From Myxococcales bacterium (GTDB lineage Bacteria; Myxococcota_A; Polyangia; Polyangiales; Polyangiaceae): a stretch of 53,973 nt of DNA. The stretch spans positions 1 to 53,973 of the forward strand of contig JAYTOU010000043.1 in assembly GCA_043747615.1 (NCBI GenBank). Reading direction: 5' to 3'. Each line of letters begins with the position of its first letter. Within the stretch, counting starts at the first letter, position 1. Under the pieces are notes generated by a model that was not told the origin of the DNA, ran no database searches, and saw nothing but the letters and a program-made list of their open reading frames with translations. The translations under genes and the position numbers were made by a program. Below are positions 16,914 through 25,436 of this stretch, one piece after another.

Positions 16914-19214
16914 ATGCGCATCCCGTTTTTCTTTGCGTCCTGTCTTCTCGTCGCTGGTTGCGGCGGGGCGCTTCCACCTGCACCTGCGGTCGCGCACCAT
17001 GGCGGCGGTCCCTTGGCCGCTCTGTACCGTGCAAGCTCGACGGCGAGCATCGCGCCTCTCGCTGCCGCGCCCCAACCGGCGCACTCCGACTTTCCGCGCG
17101 AGTTCGCGATCACCCGAGGATTCAAGCTCGGATCGCCACAGATGATGACCCCGACGGCAGACGGAAAAGCGGTCGTCTTTCTCCGCGCCGGAGCGCACGA
17201 CCCGCGCCAGTCTCTCTTCGAGACCGACGTGGCCACCGGAAAGACGCGCGAGCTCTTGAGCCCCGACGCGGTGGGCAAGGGCCCCGAGACCCTCACCCAG
17301 GCCGAGCGCGCGCGCCGCGAGCGACTCCGCATCAGCGCCTCGGGCTTCACTTCGTTCGAGATGAGCTCCGACGGCACGCGGATCGTGGTCACCCTCTCCG
17401 GGCGTCTTTTCCTCCTCACACGCGGACAGCAACCAGAGGCCGTGCGGGAGCTTCCCATAGGCGCGGGCGCGGCGATCGATCCTCACCTCTCCGCGGACGG
17501 AAAGCGCTTGGCGTACGTCCGAGGAAATGACCTTTATTTCCTGGCGATCGACGGTGGCCACGAAGCACCCGTAACCCGCGGCGGCACAGACACGAAGACC
17601 CATGGCGTCGCCGAGTTCATCGCTCAAGAGGAGCTCGATCGCTCACGCGGATTCTGGTGGGCGCCGGATGGAAAAGATCTGCTCTACGAGGAAGCGGACA
17701 CGTCGAAGGTCGAAGAGCTGAAGATCGCGGACCCCGCGCGCCCGGAGCGCGACCCCGAACGATCTGCCTACCCACGCGCAGGAAAAGCAAACGCCGTCGT
17801 ACGACTGGGGCTCACGAGTGCCCAAGGCGGCACCACGCGCTGGGTCAAGTGGGACAACGCGGCGTTTCCGTACGTGGCCTCCGTTCGCTGGGAAAAAGGC
17901 GCTCCGCCGACGATCTACGTTCTCGATCGTCTGCAGCGGCATGCCCTCCTTCTCAAGATCGATCCGCGCGACGGAGCGACCACGACGCTCCTCGAAGAAC
18001 GTGACGAAGCATGGCTCAACGTCGACTCCTCGGTGCCGCGCTGGTTGCCGGACGGGAGCGCGTTCTTCTGGTCGAGCGAACGCAGCGGCGGCTGGGAGCT
18101 CGAGCTTCACGACGCATCGGGAAAGCTCTCGACGACGATGGCGACGAAGGGCGTCGGCTACCGCGAGCTGCTCGCGTTCGATGCGGCGCGAAAAGTCGCG
18201 TACGTGACCGCCAGCGCCGAGCCCACCGGCGCCGCTGTATTTTCCGTACCTTTCGCGGGTGGCGCGCCAAACGTCATCGCTTACGTCGACGGCGGCGGAG
18301 TGATCAACGCGCACTTTGGTCACTCGGAGTCGATCTTCGCGGCGATGGAAGGTGCCCGCGATGGGCTGCGTCTTTTCTCGGTCCGCAGCGTGGACGGAAA
18401 GCTCCACGTCGAAGTCCCTTCGGTGTCTCAAGCGCCGCCGTTCGTGCCCAACCTCGAGATGATCAAGGTGGGGCCCGACGAGACACGCGTGGCGATCGTG
18501 CGACCGCACGGCTTCGTCAGCGGCAAGAAATATCCCGTCATCGACGCCGCCTACGGTGGGCCCGGCTACAACGTCGTCGTCGCCGACGCGTTCGCATTTT
18601 TGCGCGCCCAGTGGATCGCCGACGAAGCTGGCGCGATCGTGGTGGGCATCGACGCCCGCGGAACGCGATGGCGCGGACGCGAATGGGAGCGAGCGCTTGC
18701 AGGCAAGCTCGGCGAAGTACCCTTGCAAGGCCACGCCGACGCCATCGCCGCCATCGCCGCGCGCTACCCGGAAGTCGACGCGAGCCGCGCCGGAATCTAC
18801 GGCTGGTCCTTCGGCGGATATTTGGCTGCATTTGCGATCCTCAACCGACCCGACGTCTTCAAGGCCGCGGCAGCCGGGGCGCCGCCAACCGACTGGCGCG
18901 ACTACGACACGTGTTACACCGAGCGGTACCTCGGGCTACCTGAGGACAACGAAGCAGCCTACCGAAAAGCCTCGCTCCTCTTTCCGGACACGGCGAAGCC
19001 AGCGCGCCCGCTCCTCCTCGTGCACGGCACGGCCGACGACAACGTGTACTTTGCAAATTCCATCAAGCTCGCCGACGCGCTCGAGAAGGCCGGACGGCCG
19101 TTCGAGTTCATGCCGCTTGCCAGCGCCACCCACCAGGTCTCGCAGCCCGATTTGGCTGAGGCGGCCTGGCGACGGATCGCCGAATTTCTGCGCACGCAGC
19201 TCCAGGCGCGGTAA
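16914..19214 (+). CDS. Dipeptidyl peptidase IV-like S9B serine peptidase (lipoprotein)
   Basis: Lipobox VAGC. DPP IV N-domain (GVAEFIAQEELDRSRGFWW, YPRAG), then GWSFGG, YDTCYTERYLGLP, HGTADDNV and the catalytic His (ATHQ). Confidence 0.93.
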   Translation: MRIPFFFASCLLVAGCGGALPPAPAVAHHGGGPLAALYRASSTASIAPLAAAPQPAHSDFPREFAITRGFKLGSPQMMTPTADGKAVVFLRAGAHDPRQSLFETDVATGKTRELLSPDAVGKGPETLTQAERARRERLRISASGFTSFEMSSDGTRIVVTLSGRLFLLTRGQQPEAVRELPIGAGAAIDPHLSADGKRLAYVRGNDLYFLAIDGGHEAPVTRGGTDTKTHGVAEFIAQEELDRSRGFWWAPDGKDLLYEEADTSKVEELKIADPARPERDPERSAYPRAGKANAVVRLGLTSAQGGTTRWVKWDNAAFPYVASVRWEKGAPPTIYVLDRLQRHALLLKIDPRDGATTTLLEERDEAWLNVDSSVPRWLPDGSAFFWSSERSGGWELELHDASGKLSTTMATKGVGYRELLAFDAARKVAYVTASAEPTGAAVFSVPFAGGAPNVIAYVDGGGVINAHFGHSESIFAAMEGARDGLRLFSVRSVDGKLHVEVPSVSQAPPFVPNLEMIKVGPDETRVAIVRPHGFVSGKKYPVIDAAYGGPGYNVVVADAFAFLRAQWIADEAGAIVVGIDARGTRWRGREWERALAGKLGEVPLQGHADAIAAIAARYPEVDASRAGIYGWSFGGYLAAFAILNRPDVFKAAAAGAPPTDWRDYDTCYTERYLGLPEDNEAAYRKASLLFPDTAKPARPLLLVHGTADDNVYFANSIKLADALEKAGRPFEFMPLASATHQVSQPDLAEAAWRRIAEFLRTQLQAR

Positions 19215-19224
19215 GAGCGTGACG

Positions 19225-20127
19225 ATGGCGCCCTTGACCAACGTCGCGGTGCTTGGCTTTGGTCCGATGGGACGCATCCACGCGCGGGTCTTCCGCGAGC
19301 TCTCCGACGCCTTCGCGCTCACCGGCGTATTCGACACGAACCCCGACAGAACGAGGGGCGTCGCCGAGGCCCGACAAAGCGCGCGAGAGGCTATTTCCAA
19401 AGCCGATCTGGTGGTCGTGGCGACGCCGATGGCCACCCACGCCGATCTCACCGTCTCCCTCCTCAGCGATGGGCACGATGTCTTCGTCGAGAAGCCGATG
19501 TGCGCGACGTCCCGCGAAACCGAGACCCTGATGGAGGCGGCGAGCCGTCACGGGCGTCGACTTTTCGTCGGCCACTCCGAGCGCTTCAATCCGGCGGTTC
19601 GCGCGATGCTCGCGGAGCTCGGGTCTGAGGCCATCCTCTCCATCGAGTGCACGCGGATCGCGCTCGCTCGTGAGAAAGACACCTTGGACGACGAAACGAT
19701 TTTCAATCTGGGTGTCCACGATCTCGACCTCATCACCTACCTGGCAAAGTCTCCGCTCTCGGTCGACGGCATTCGAGCGACGCGCGAGGCGCACGTAGCC
19801 CACATCGAGGTAGGCACACTCTCCGGCGTCCGCGGCAAGATCGTCGTCGGCAGAAAGTCCGCGGGAGCGGAGCGCGCTCTCGTCGTTCGCACCGAAACAC
19901 GCCGGTTTGAAGCCGATTTACTGCATTTTCGGCTGACTGAGCACGTGAGCAACGGCAGCAACGGAGCCTCGCGCGAATGTGCGCTTTCCCTCGAGGAGCC
20001 ACTCGTTGCTCAGGCCCGCGCAGTGCGGCGCGCGCTGAGGGGAGACGTCACCACCGGGCTCGCCTCCTCCGTCGACGGAGCGGGCGCCGTTCGCGCGGCC
20101 GAGCGGAGCCTGGTCGAAAACTTGTAA
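19225..20127 (+). CDS. Gfo/Idh/MocA family NAD-dependent oxidoreductase
   Basis: Rossmann motif VLGFGPMG, then EKPM, VGHSERFNPAV and LGVHDLD. Start reassigned to ATG 19225 just after the DPP IV gene. Confidence 0.88.
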   Translation: MAPLTNVAVLGFGPMGRIHARVFRELSDAFALTGVFDTNPDRTRGVAEARQSAREAISKADLVVVATPMATHADLTVSLLSDGHDVFVEKPMCATSRETETLMEAASRHGRRLFVGHSERFNPAVRAMLAELGSEAILSIECTRIALAREKDTLDDETIFNLGVHDLDLITYLAKSPLSVDGIRATREAHVAHIEVGTLSGVRGKIVVGRKSAGAERALVVRTETRRFEADLLHFRLTEHVSNGSNGASRECALSLEEPLVAQARAVRRALRGDVTTGLASSVDGAGAVRAAERSLVENL

Positions 20128-20158
20128 CGCCTCGAGCGCCCCTGGTACGCGCTGATGT

Positions 20159-20971
20159 ATGCCTCGCTTCGACGATGACGGTCCCTCGCAGTCGCTGCCA
20201 GGAGCTTTTCGGCCCAAGCTCCGCACCGGAAATCGCTTCGCGCGAGACGCTGCCCAGCGCCCCATCCTCATGTTCGAGGACGTCTACAAATCCTATCGAC
20301 CGGGTGCCCCCGTTCTGCGCGGGACGAACCTCGTCATCGAGCGCGGCGAGTTCGTGTTCATCACCGGGCCGAGCGGATCAGGAAAATCCACGCTTCTAAG
20401 GCTTCTCTACCGCTCCGAGACCGTCGACGAAGGGCGCATCCTATTTCTTGGCAGAGACATTGCTCGCCTGACGAGCGACTCCGTTCCCTTCCTTCGTCGC
20501 AACATCGGCGTCGTGTTTCAGGACTTCAAGCTCGTCGCGACCTGGTCGGTCTACGAGAACGTTGCCATCACGCTCGAGGTCCTCGGACTTCCGCCGCGCC
20601 TCATTCGTACCCGGGTCGGCGAGGCGCTCGATCGCGTTGGGTTGAGCGGGCGAGGCCAATGCGCCGCGGGAATCCTAAGTGGTGGCGAGCAGCAGCGCGT
20701 CGCGGTGGCAAGAGCCATCGTGGGAGAGCCCGCGCTCATCCTCGCCGACGAGCCCACCGGGAACCTCGATCCGCAGCTGGCGATCGACATCCTCGGCCTC
20801 TTCGAAGAGATTCACGAGTCGGGCACTACCGTTCTTTTCGCGACGCACGATCGCTCGCTCCTCGAGATTCGCCCGCGCCGCCTCATCGTCCTCGACGACG
20901 GAAAAGCGCTCGATGTCCCCACAGGCATCGCGGCGAGTGAACCATCCTTCGACAACGCCCTGCCCCACTGA
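20159..20971 (+). CDS. ftsE: Cell division ATP-binding protein FtsE
   Basis: [47 protein letters not shown] and ATHD. Upstream of ftsX. Confidence 0.93.
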   Translation: MPRFDDDGPSQSLPGAFRPKLRTGNRFARDAAQRPILMFEDVYKSYRPGAPVLRGTNLVIERGEFVFITGPSGSGKSTLLRLLYRSETVDEGRILFLGRDIARLTSDSVPFLRRNIGVVFQDFKLVATWSVYENVAITLEVLGLPPRLIRTRVGEALDRVGLSGRGQCAAGILSGGEQQRVAVARAIVGEPALILADEPTGNLDPQLAIDILGLFEEIHESGTTVLFATHDRSLLEIRPRRLIVLDDGKALDVPTGIAASEPSFDNALPH

Positions 20972-20984
20972 TCGGAGTCCGTCC

Positions 20985-21875
20985 ATGTTCGATGTTTCGA
21001 TCGGCACCACGCGTCGCGCACGCCGGGGAATGCTTCGCGAGTGGAGACTCCACGCGCTGAGCATATTTTCCTTGGCCGTTGCGTTCGTCTGCCTCGGGGC
21101 GGCTCTCCTCGTCCTCACCAACCTTCGGGCGATCGAAGAGCGCTGGGCGCACGCCGGTCGGGCCTCGATCTACCTGAAGGACTCCGCATCTCAGGACGAC
21201 GTAAGCCAGTTCAAGGACGCCCTCGGTCGTGTGCCCGGCGTGACCGCGGTGCGCTATGTGTCGAGCGGACAGGCCCGCCAAGACTTCGGATCGAAGGAGC
21301 TAGGAGACAAAGCCGAGCTCGCGGCGCTTCCGGTCGAGGCCTTTCCCGCTTCGATCGAAATCGAAGTGCGCGCGGACATGACCGACGCCGAGCTGAACGA
21401 CATCGTCGCCAAGGTCCGCTCGCTCCCCGGAGTGGACGACGTCGAGACCTACCAAGCGTGGACGGATCGACTCGGGCGTCTCGTGCGCGGCGGCGTCGCA
21501 GCAGCGGCTCTCCTGGCGGTGGTGGTCTTCGCCTCGGTGCTCGCGGTGGTCGGCTCGACGATCCGACTCGCCCTTCAAAGGCGACGCACGGAGGTCGAAG
21601 TGCTCAAGCTCGTGGGGGCCACCGATCGCTTCGTCAAAGGCCCCTTCCTCCTCGAAGGTAGCGCGCAGGGAGCCCTCGGTGCCGTTGGTGCCATCGCTCT
21701 TCTCGCCGCACTTTTCCTCCTGGTTCGAGGTCGTCTGGATGGCGAGCTGGCCGCGCTGATCGGTGTGGATCCGACCTTCTTGCCCTGGCCCGTAGCGCTG
21801 GCGATGGTAGCCATCGGAGCCATTCTCGGAGCCTCGGCGGCGGCAATGGGCCTCCGCAAGCTGGTGGCCGTGTGA
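20985..21875 (+). CDS. ftsX: Cell division permease FtsX
   Basis: Four TM helices with a periplasmic loop (FPASIEI) and TIRLAL..RR.EVEVLKLVGAT..FVKGPFLLEG. Confidence 0.92.
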   Translation: MFDVSIGTTRRARRGMLREWRLHALSIFSLAVAFVCLGAALLVLTNLRAIEERWAHAGRASIYLKDSASQDDVSQFKDALGRVPGVTAVRYVSSGQARQDFGSKELGDKAELAALPVEAFPASIEIEVRADMTDAELNDIVAKVRSLPGVDDVETYQAWTDRLGRLVRGGVAAAALLAVVVFASVLAVVGSTIRLALQRRRTEVEVLKLVGATDRFVKGPFLLEGSAQGALGAVGAIALLAALFLLVRGRLDGELAALIGVDPTFLPWPVALAMVAIGAILGASAAAMGLRKLVAV

Positions 21876-22855
21876 CGTCCCGACGGAGGTGCGTACCGAC
21901 TCGGACCCTCACGATTCTCGTCCTCGCCTCCGCCGTTTCGCGGGTCGGCGCGGGTCAAGCGAATCCTGCCGATGCTGCGAGATCACCTGCGCTCGCCCTC
22001 GCCGCGCTCGATCGCAAGATTGCCGATCTCGACACCGAGGACGACGTCTCGAAGAAAGAGCTCGCCGGTCTCGGCGGGAAGCTCGCCGAAGCGCACCTTC
22101 ATGCGGTCCTTCGCGGCCGAGCGTTCTACAAGCTCACGCGAGCAGGAATCCTTCCGGTCGGCGGCGGCTTCGATGCGCTCGTCCGTCACGCCATGCAGGT
22201 CGAGCGCTCGCGTCATGCGCTGATCGCCGATCTCGCCATGGAGAGAAAAATTCGGTCGCGCGGCGCAGAGCTCGCGGGATCTCTCGAGCGGGTCGCACAC
22301 GATCGCGTGGCCCTCGCGAGCCAGCGGACGGCTACGGATGCCGCACAAATAGCCGTCGCCGACGAAGCGCGTCGCCAGAGCGCCTTCGATCGCGCGTTCG
22401 AGGGAACGAGCTCGAGCGCGGAGTACGTCAACGTCTACGGCGGCAGCGGCACGGGCGACCGCGAGCAAATCGGCGGCTTCCAGGCATCACGCGGAAAGCT
22501 TCTTTTCCCAGTGGTCGGCCGCGCGGACGTGAAGGCCGCAAAGCGTGAAGGGACCGAAGGACCGGGCGTCGAAATCCGTGCGCCGCTTGGCTCGTCCGTT
22601 CGCTCCGTTTTCGCCGGTCGCGTGGCATTCGCCGATCGCTACGGCTCCTACGGACGCATCGTGATTCTCGATCACGGCGATCATTACTATTCGGTGAGCG
22701 GCAACCTCGCGAGCATCGACGTGAAGGTGGGCGACGACATTTCGGTGGGCGAGAAGGTCGGCACGATCGGCGACGAGGGCCAAGGGCCGCTCCTTTACTT
22801 CGAGATTCGCCACGGCAGTCAGACGATTGCGCCGGCGCCGTGGCTCGGTCTTTAG
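21872..22855 (+). CDS. envC: Murein hydrolase activator EnvC (M23 family)
   Basis: Coiled coil plus degenerate LytM domain (GKLLFPV.G, YGRIVILDHG, LYFEIR). Follows ftsEX. Confidence 0.85.
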   Translation: MTSRRRCVPTRTLTILVLASAVSRVGAGQANPADAARSPALALAALDRKIADLDTEDDVSKKELAGLGGKLAEAHLHAVLRGRAFYKLTRAGILPVGGGFDALVRHAMQVERSRHALIADLAMERKIRSRGAELAGSLERVAHDRVALASQRTATDAAQIAVADEARRQSAFDRAFEGTSSSAEYVNVYGGSGTGDREQIGGFQASRGKLLFPVVGRADVKAAKREGTEGPGVEIRAPLGSSVRSVFAGRVAFADRYGSYGRIVILDHGDHYYSVSGNLASIDVKVGDDISVGEKVGTIGDEGQGPLLYFEIRHGSQTIAPAPWLGL

Positions 22856-22944
22856 CCTCGTTTCGTGCCCTATTTCGGTCATGCGCACAGGCCCCCCGGG
22901 TCTGCGGCAAGCGCCCACCGATTCTTCGCCAAGGCTCAAATCGG

Positions 22945-23050
22945 CGTTGGTACTTTTAAAATTATGTTAACTTGAAGTTGGGTTCTTTCACCGACGAACT
23001 TTTCAAAGTCGGCGCGAGCAGAAAACTTTCACATCACGAGGTCATGTAAA
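22945..23050 (+). promoter_or_regulatory. AT-rich regulatory region upstream of the lipoprotein pair
   Basis: GTACTTTTAAAATTATGTTAACTTGAAGTT is strongly AT-rich against the GC-rich background and carries nested palindromes (TTTTAAAA, GTTAAC, AACTT-G-AAGTT). Confidence 0.5.
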
Positions 23051-23917
23051 ATGGATTGGAGAACCGGCGTTCTGAGTTTCATTTGTGTCGGACTTACCGC
23101 GCCCTTTGTCGCGTGCGATGACACCGCACTCCAGACGGACGCAGGAACGGTCAACCCCGACGGCGGGACCCCGATCACGACGGCGCTCACGTGTCCTTCC
23201 TACATGCCGGCCGGCGCCACCTGCGGCGAAACGGTCCCGGCCTTCGGAACCACGATCTCCACGTGGTCCGAGACCGATCCGGCGACGAAAAAGATCAACA
23301 AGCTCAGTTGGAACTTGCCGCTCACCGCCGTCGCCAACGTGACCGGCGCGCTCGCAGACACCCGCGTTTGGTTCCACTTCCCCCCGCAGGTACTGGCCGA
23401 CACGGCCATCACGGGAATGGTTTACGACTACCTTCCGAAGGGGCACGTTCCGAAGGGCATCTACGATACGCCGCACTTCGAGTTCCACCTCATCGTTCAA
23501 GACCTCGAGGAGACCCGCGCGATCGACTGCGTCGACGGGACGCTGCCTGCCGACAACATCGTGATTGCACCGTTCTTCGTTCTCCCGCCGCCCGACAACT
23601 GCATCGGGGCCATGGGCATTCACGCCGTCGACAGCACCGCGCCGGAGTTCAACAAAGCCAAGTTCAACATCTCGAACGTCATGGTCTACTGGCACGGCAA
23701 GGGAGCCGGAGCGACGGCCAACTTCCGCTCGATGGAGCCCAAGGCGACCATCGAGACGTTCCAGGCCCGTCAGTCGTTCAAGTGGAAGGACTTCATCACC
23801 CTTCCGCCGAACGCGATCGGACATGCGACCACGATGGGTACGAAGATCAACGCCGATTACGACAAGGTCAACGACAGCTACGTCATCAGCCTCAGCAATT
23901 TCGTGCCCGTCACCTAG
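23051..23917 (+). CDS. Lipoprotein with TTHB210-like/DUF5602 domain
   Basis: Lipobox FVAC. His motifs GHVPKGIYDTPHFEFH and MGIH..D...PEF, plus MEP, as recalled for the DUF5602/TTHB210-like family. Confidence 0.7.
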   Translation: MDWRTGVLSFICVGLTAPFVACDDTALQTDAGTVNPDGGTPITTALTCPSYMPAGATCGETVPAFGTTISTWSETDPATKKINKLSWNLPLTAVANVTGALADTRVWFHFPPQVLADTAITGMVYDYLPKGHVPKGIYDTPHFEFHLIVQDLEETRAIDCVDGTLPADNIVIAPFFVLPPPDNCIGAMGIHAVDSTAPEFNKAKFNISNVMVYWHGKGAGATANFRSMEPKATIETFQARQSFKWKDFITLPPNAIGHATTMGTKINADYDKVNDSYVISLSNFVPVT

Positions 23918-24045
23918 CATTCGGCGCTCTTCCATCGACGTGGGGGGGGGAGCGTGTCGCCGCAGTATTCATTGACGGACTGCTCGGAGAGGACGCTCTT
24001 CGCTAATTTGTTGTGGGTGCCTCCATCGGAGGCAAAGGAGCTCGA

Positions 24046-25239
24046 ATGACTTACCGTTTTCGTAAAATATTTATGTTCTCTGCTCTCGTAGCCGGAGCTG
24101 CCGGAGGCGGCCTGGCCGTGAATGCATGCAGCTCGACCACGCCGGTTCAAGCGACGACCGACGCAGCGCCCACGGATGCCACGACGGCCGCCGATGTCGT
24201 GGACGACCACGTCGGCCAATTTCACGACGGCATCGAGGGCGGCGGGCAATGGAGCCCAACTGTGCTCATGCTGAATCTGAAACCGCAACCGAGCTTCATC
24301 TTCAACGCACCCGACGCAGCCGCCGACGCGGCACCGAGCGCGCCCCCGTTCACCATTCCGTTCATCCAGGTCACGAACAACAGCGGTCTTCGAGGGCCGA
24401 TGCCGCTCCGGCCGCCGGATGTTGTCGTCCCCTCTCTGCTCCCGGATCTCGGGTGCATCGCGTACAAGTTTACGTCGACCGATCCCCGCAATCCGAAGGG
24501 GCCCGGAATCACCGACGGCGACATGGGAAATGTGTTGGTCTCCGGGTTCACCGGCGGGCGCACGCTTACCGGCCCCCCCGGCGCCCCGCCTGGCCCGGCC
24601 ATGGCGGCGCAGATCAACTGCAAACGCAATGAGATCTTCCCCGGCGCGGACGCGGGGCTTTTCTTTTATGGCTGCGACCAGTTCCCAGGTCCGGTCACGC
24701 GCTACCTCTCGGCGACGGACACCATCACCGCCCAGATCGAAGGCGGCGCGGCCGTCCCGGCGTGGTCGGCATCCGAAAACCCGTCGAAGCACCTGGACGA
24801 GTTCAACGTAGCCACCAATCTCTGGATGGTTCCTCCCAGCGCCGTCGACGGCAGCGGGGACTTGGTCATCAACTACGACTGCGGCGGAATGCCGTGCAGC
24901 CCCACGTCACCGAACGCGTCCGTCGCAGCGGTCGTCATCCAGTCGACCGACGCGCGGAGCTCGGGAGACGGCGGAGCGAACGATCCGCTCGGACCCATGG
25001 GTCCGTTCGAGTTCAACCCTGCGAAGAAAGAGTTCGGATTGATCCTCTGCAAGGATTTTCTGGGCTTCAACCCCTCGTCGTTCACGGTCAAAAAAGAGCT
25101 GCTCGCGCAGATCCCGGGTTCGTGGACGGACCTCCGGATCGTCGTCGCTACCGCCGCCGCGCACCAGAGCTCGTCGTCGAACGACCAGCACACGGTCCTC
25201 GCCGTCGGGCCGGCGCAATTCGGTATTTCGCACCGCTAG
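24046..25239 (+). CDS. Hypothetical lipoprotein (Cys-containing, Pro/Gly-rich)
   Basis: AAGGAG SD at 24035-24040, signal peptide with VNAC lipobox, and strong GC3 codon bias. Confidence 0.7.
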   Translation: MTYRFRKIFMFSALVAGAAGGGLAVNACSSTTPVQATTDAAPTDATTAADVVDDHVGQFHDGIEGGGQWSPTVLMLNLKPQPSFIFNAPDAAADAAPSAPPFTIPFIQVTNNSGLRGPMPLRPPDVVVPSLLPDLGCIAYKFTSTDPRNPKGPGITDGDMGNVLVSGFTGGRTLTGPPGAPPGPAMAAQINCKRNEIFPGADAGLFFYGCDQFPGPVTRYLSATDTITAQIEGGAAVPAWSASENPSKHLDEFNVATNLWMVPPSAVDGSGDLVINYDCGGMPCSPTSPNASVAAVVIQSTDARSSGDGGANDPLGPMGPFEFNPAKKEFGLILCKDFLGFNPSSFTVKKELLAQIPGSWTDLRIVVATAAAHQSSSSNDQHTVLAVGPAQFGISHR

Positions 25240-25254
25240 TAGATTGTCATCCAG

Positions 25255-25274
25255 GGGCGGCGAATGGGCCGCCC
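25255..25274 (+). terminator. GC-rich hairpin after the lipoprotein pair (possible terminator)
   Basis: GGGCGGC-gaatgg-GCCGCCC, 15 nt after the stop codon. Only a short T tail. Confidence 0.35.
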
Positions 25275-25436
25275 TTGTCGACAGTCGACTAACGACCTGC
25301 GAGAGCTTGGCGAGAGCTGAGGTCCCTGCTCCCCAGCACCCCGAGACATCCGTCAGCCATCGTTGGGGCGCTGCGCGAAGTGTGCGAGATACACGCGATT
25401 TCGCATCTAAGGCAGAGCTGGTGGTAACGTTTGGTC

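Noticed and set aside
963..19214. Two S9 peptidases as possible processing or resistance enzymes for the NRPS product
   Set aside because: Both sit among housekeeping genes outside the accessory block, and such peptidases are abundant in myxobacteria.
18556..19224. N-terminal extension of the 523-aa ORF
   Set aside because: It overlaps the DPP IV gene out of frame. The Rossmann motif starts just after ATG 19225.
22856..23050. Possible riboswitch or sRNA (several short hairpins)
   Set aside because: No recognisable conserved riboswitch motif. An Rfam/Infernal search would be needed.
23942..23950. G9 homopolymer between the two lipoprotein genes
   Set aside because: It is intergenic and not inside a recognisable promoter spacer. 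No support for phase variation from sequence alone.
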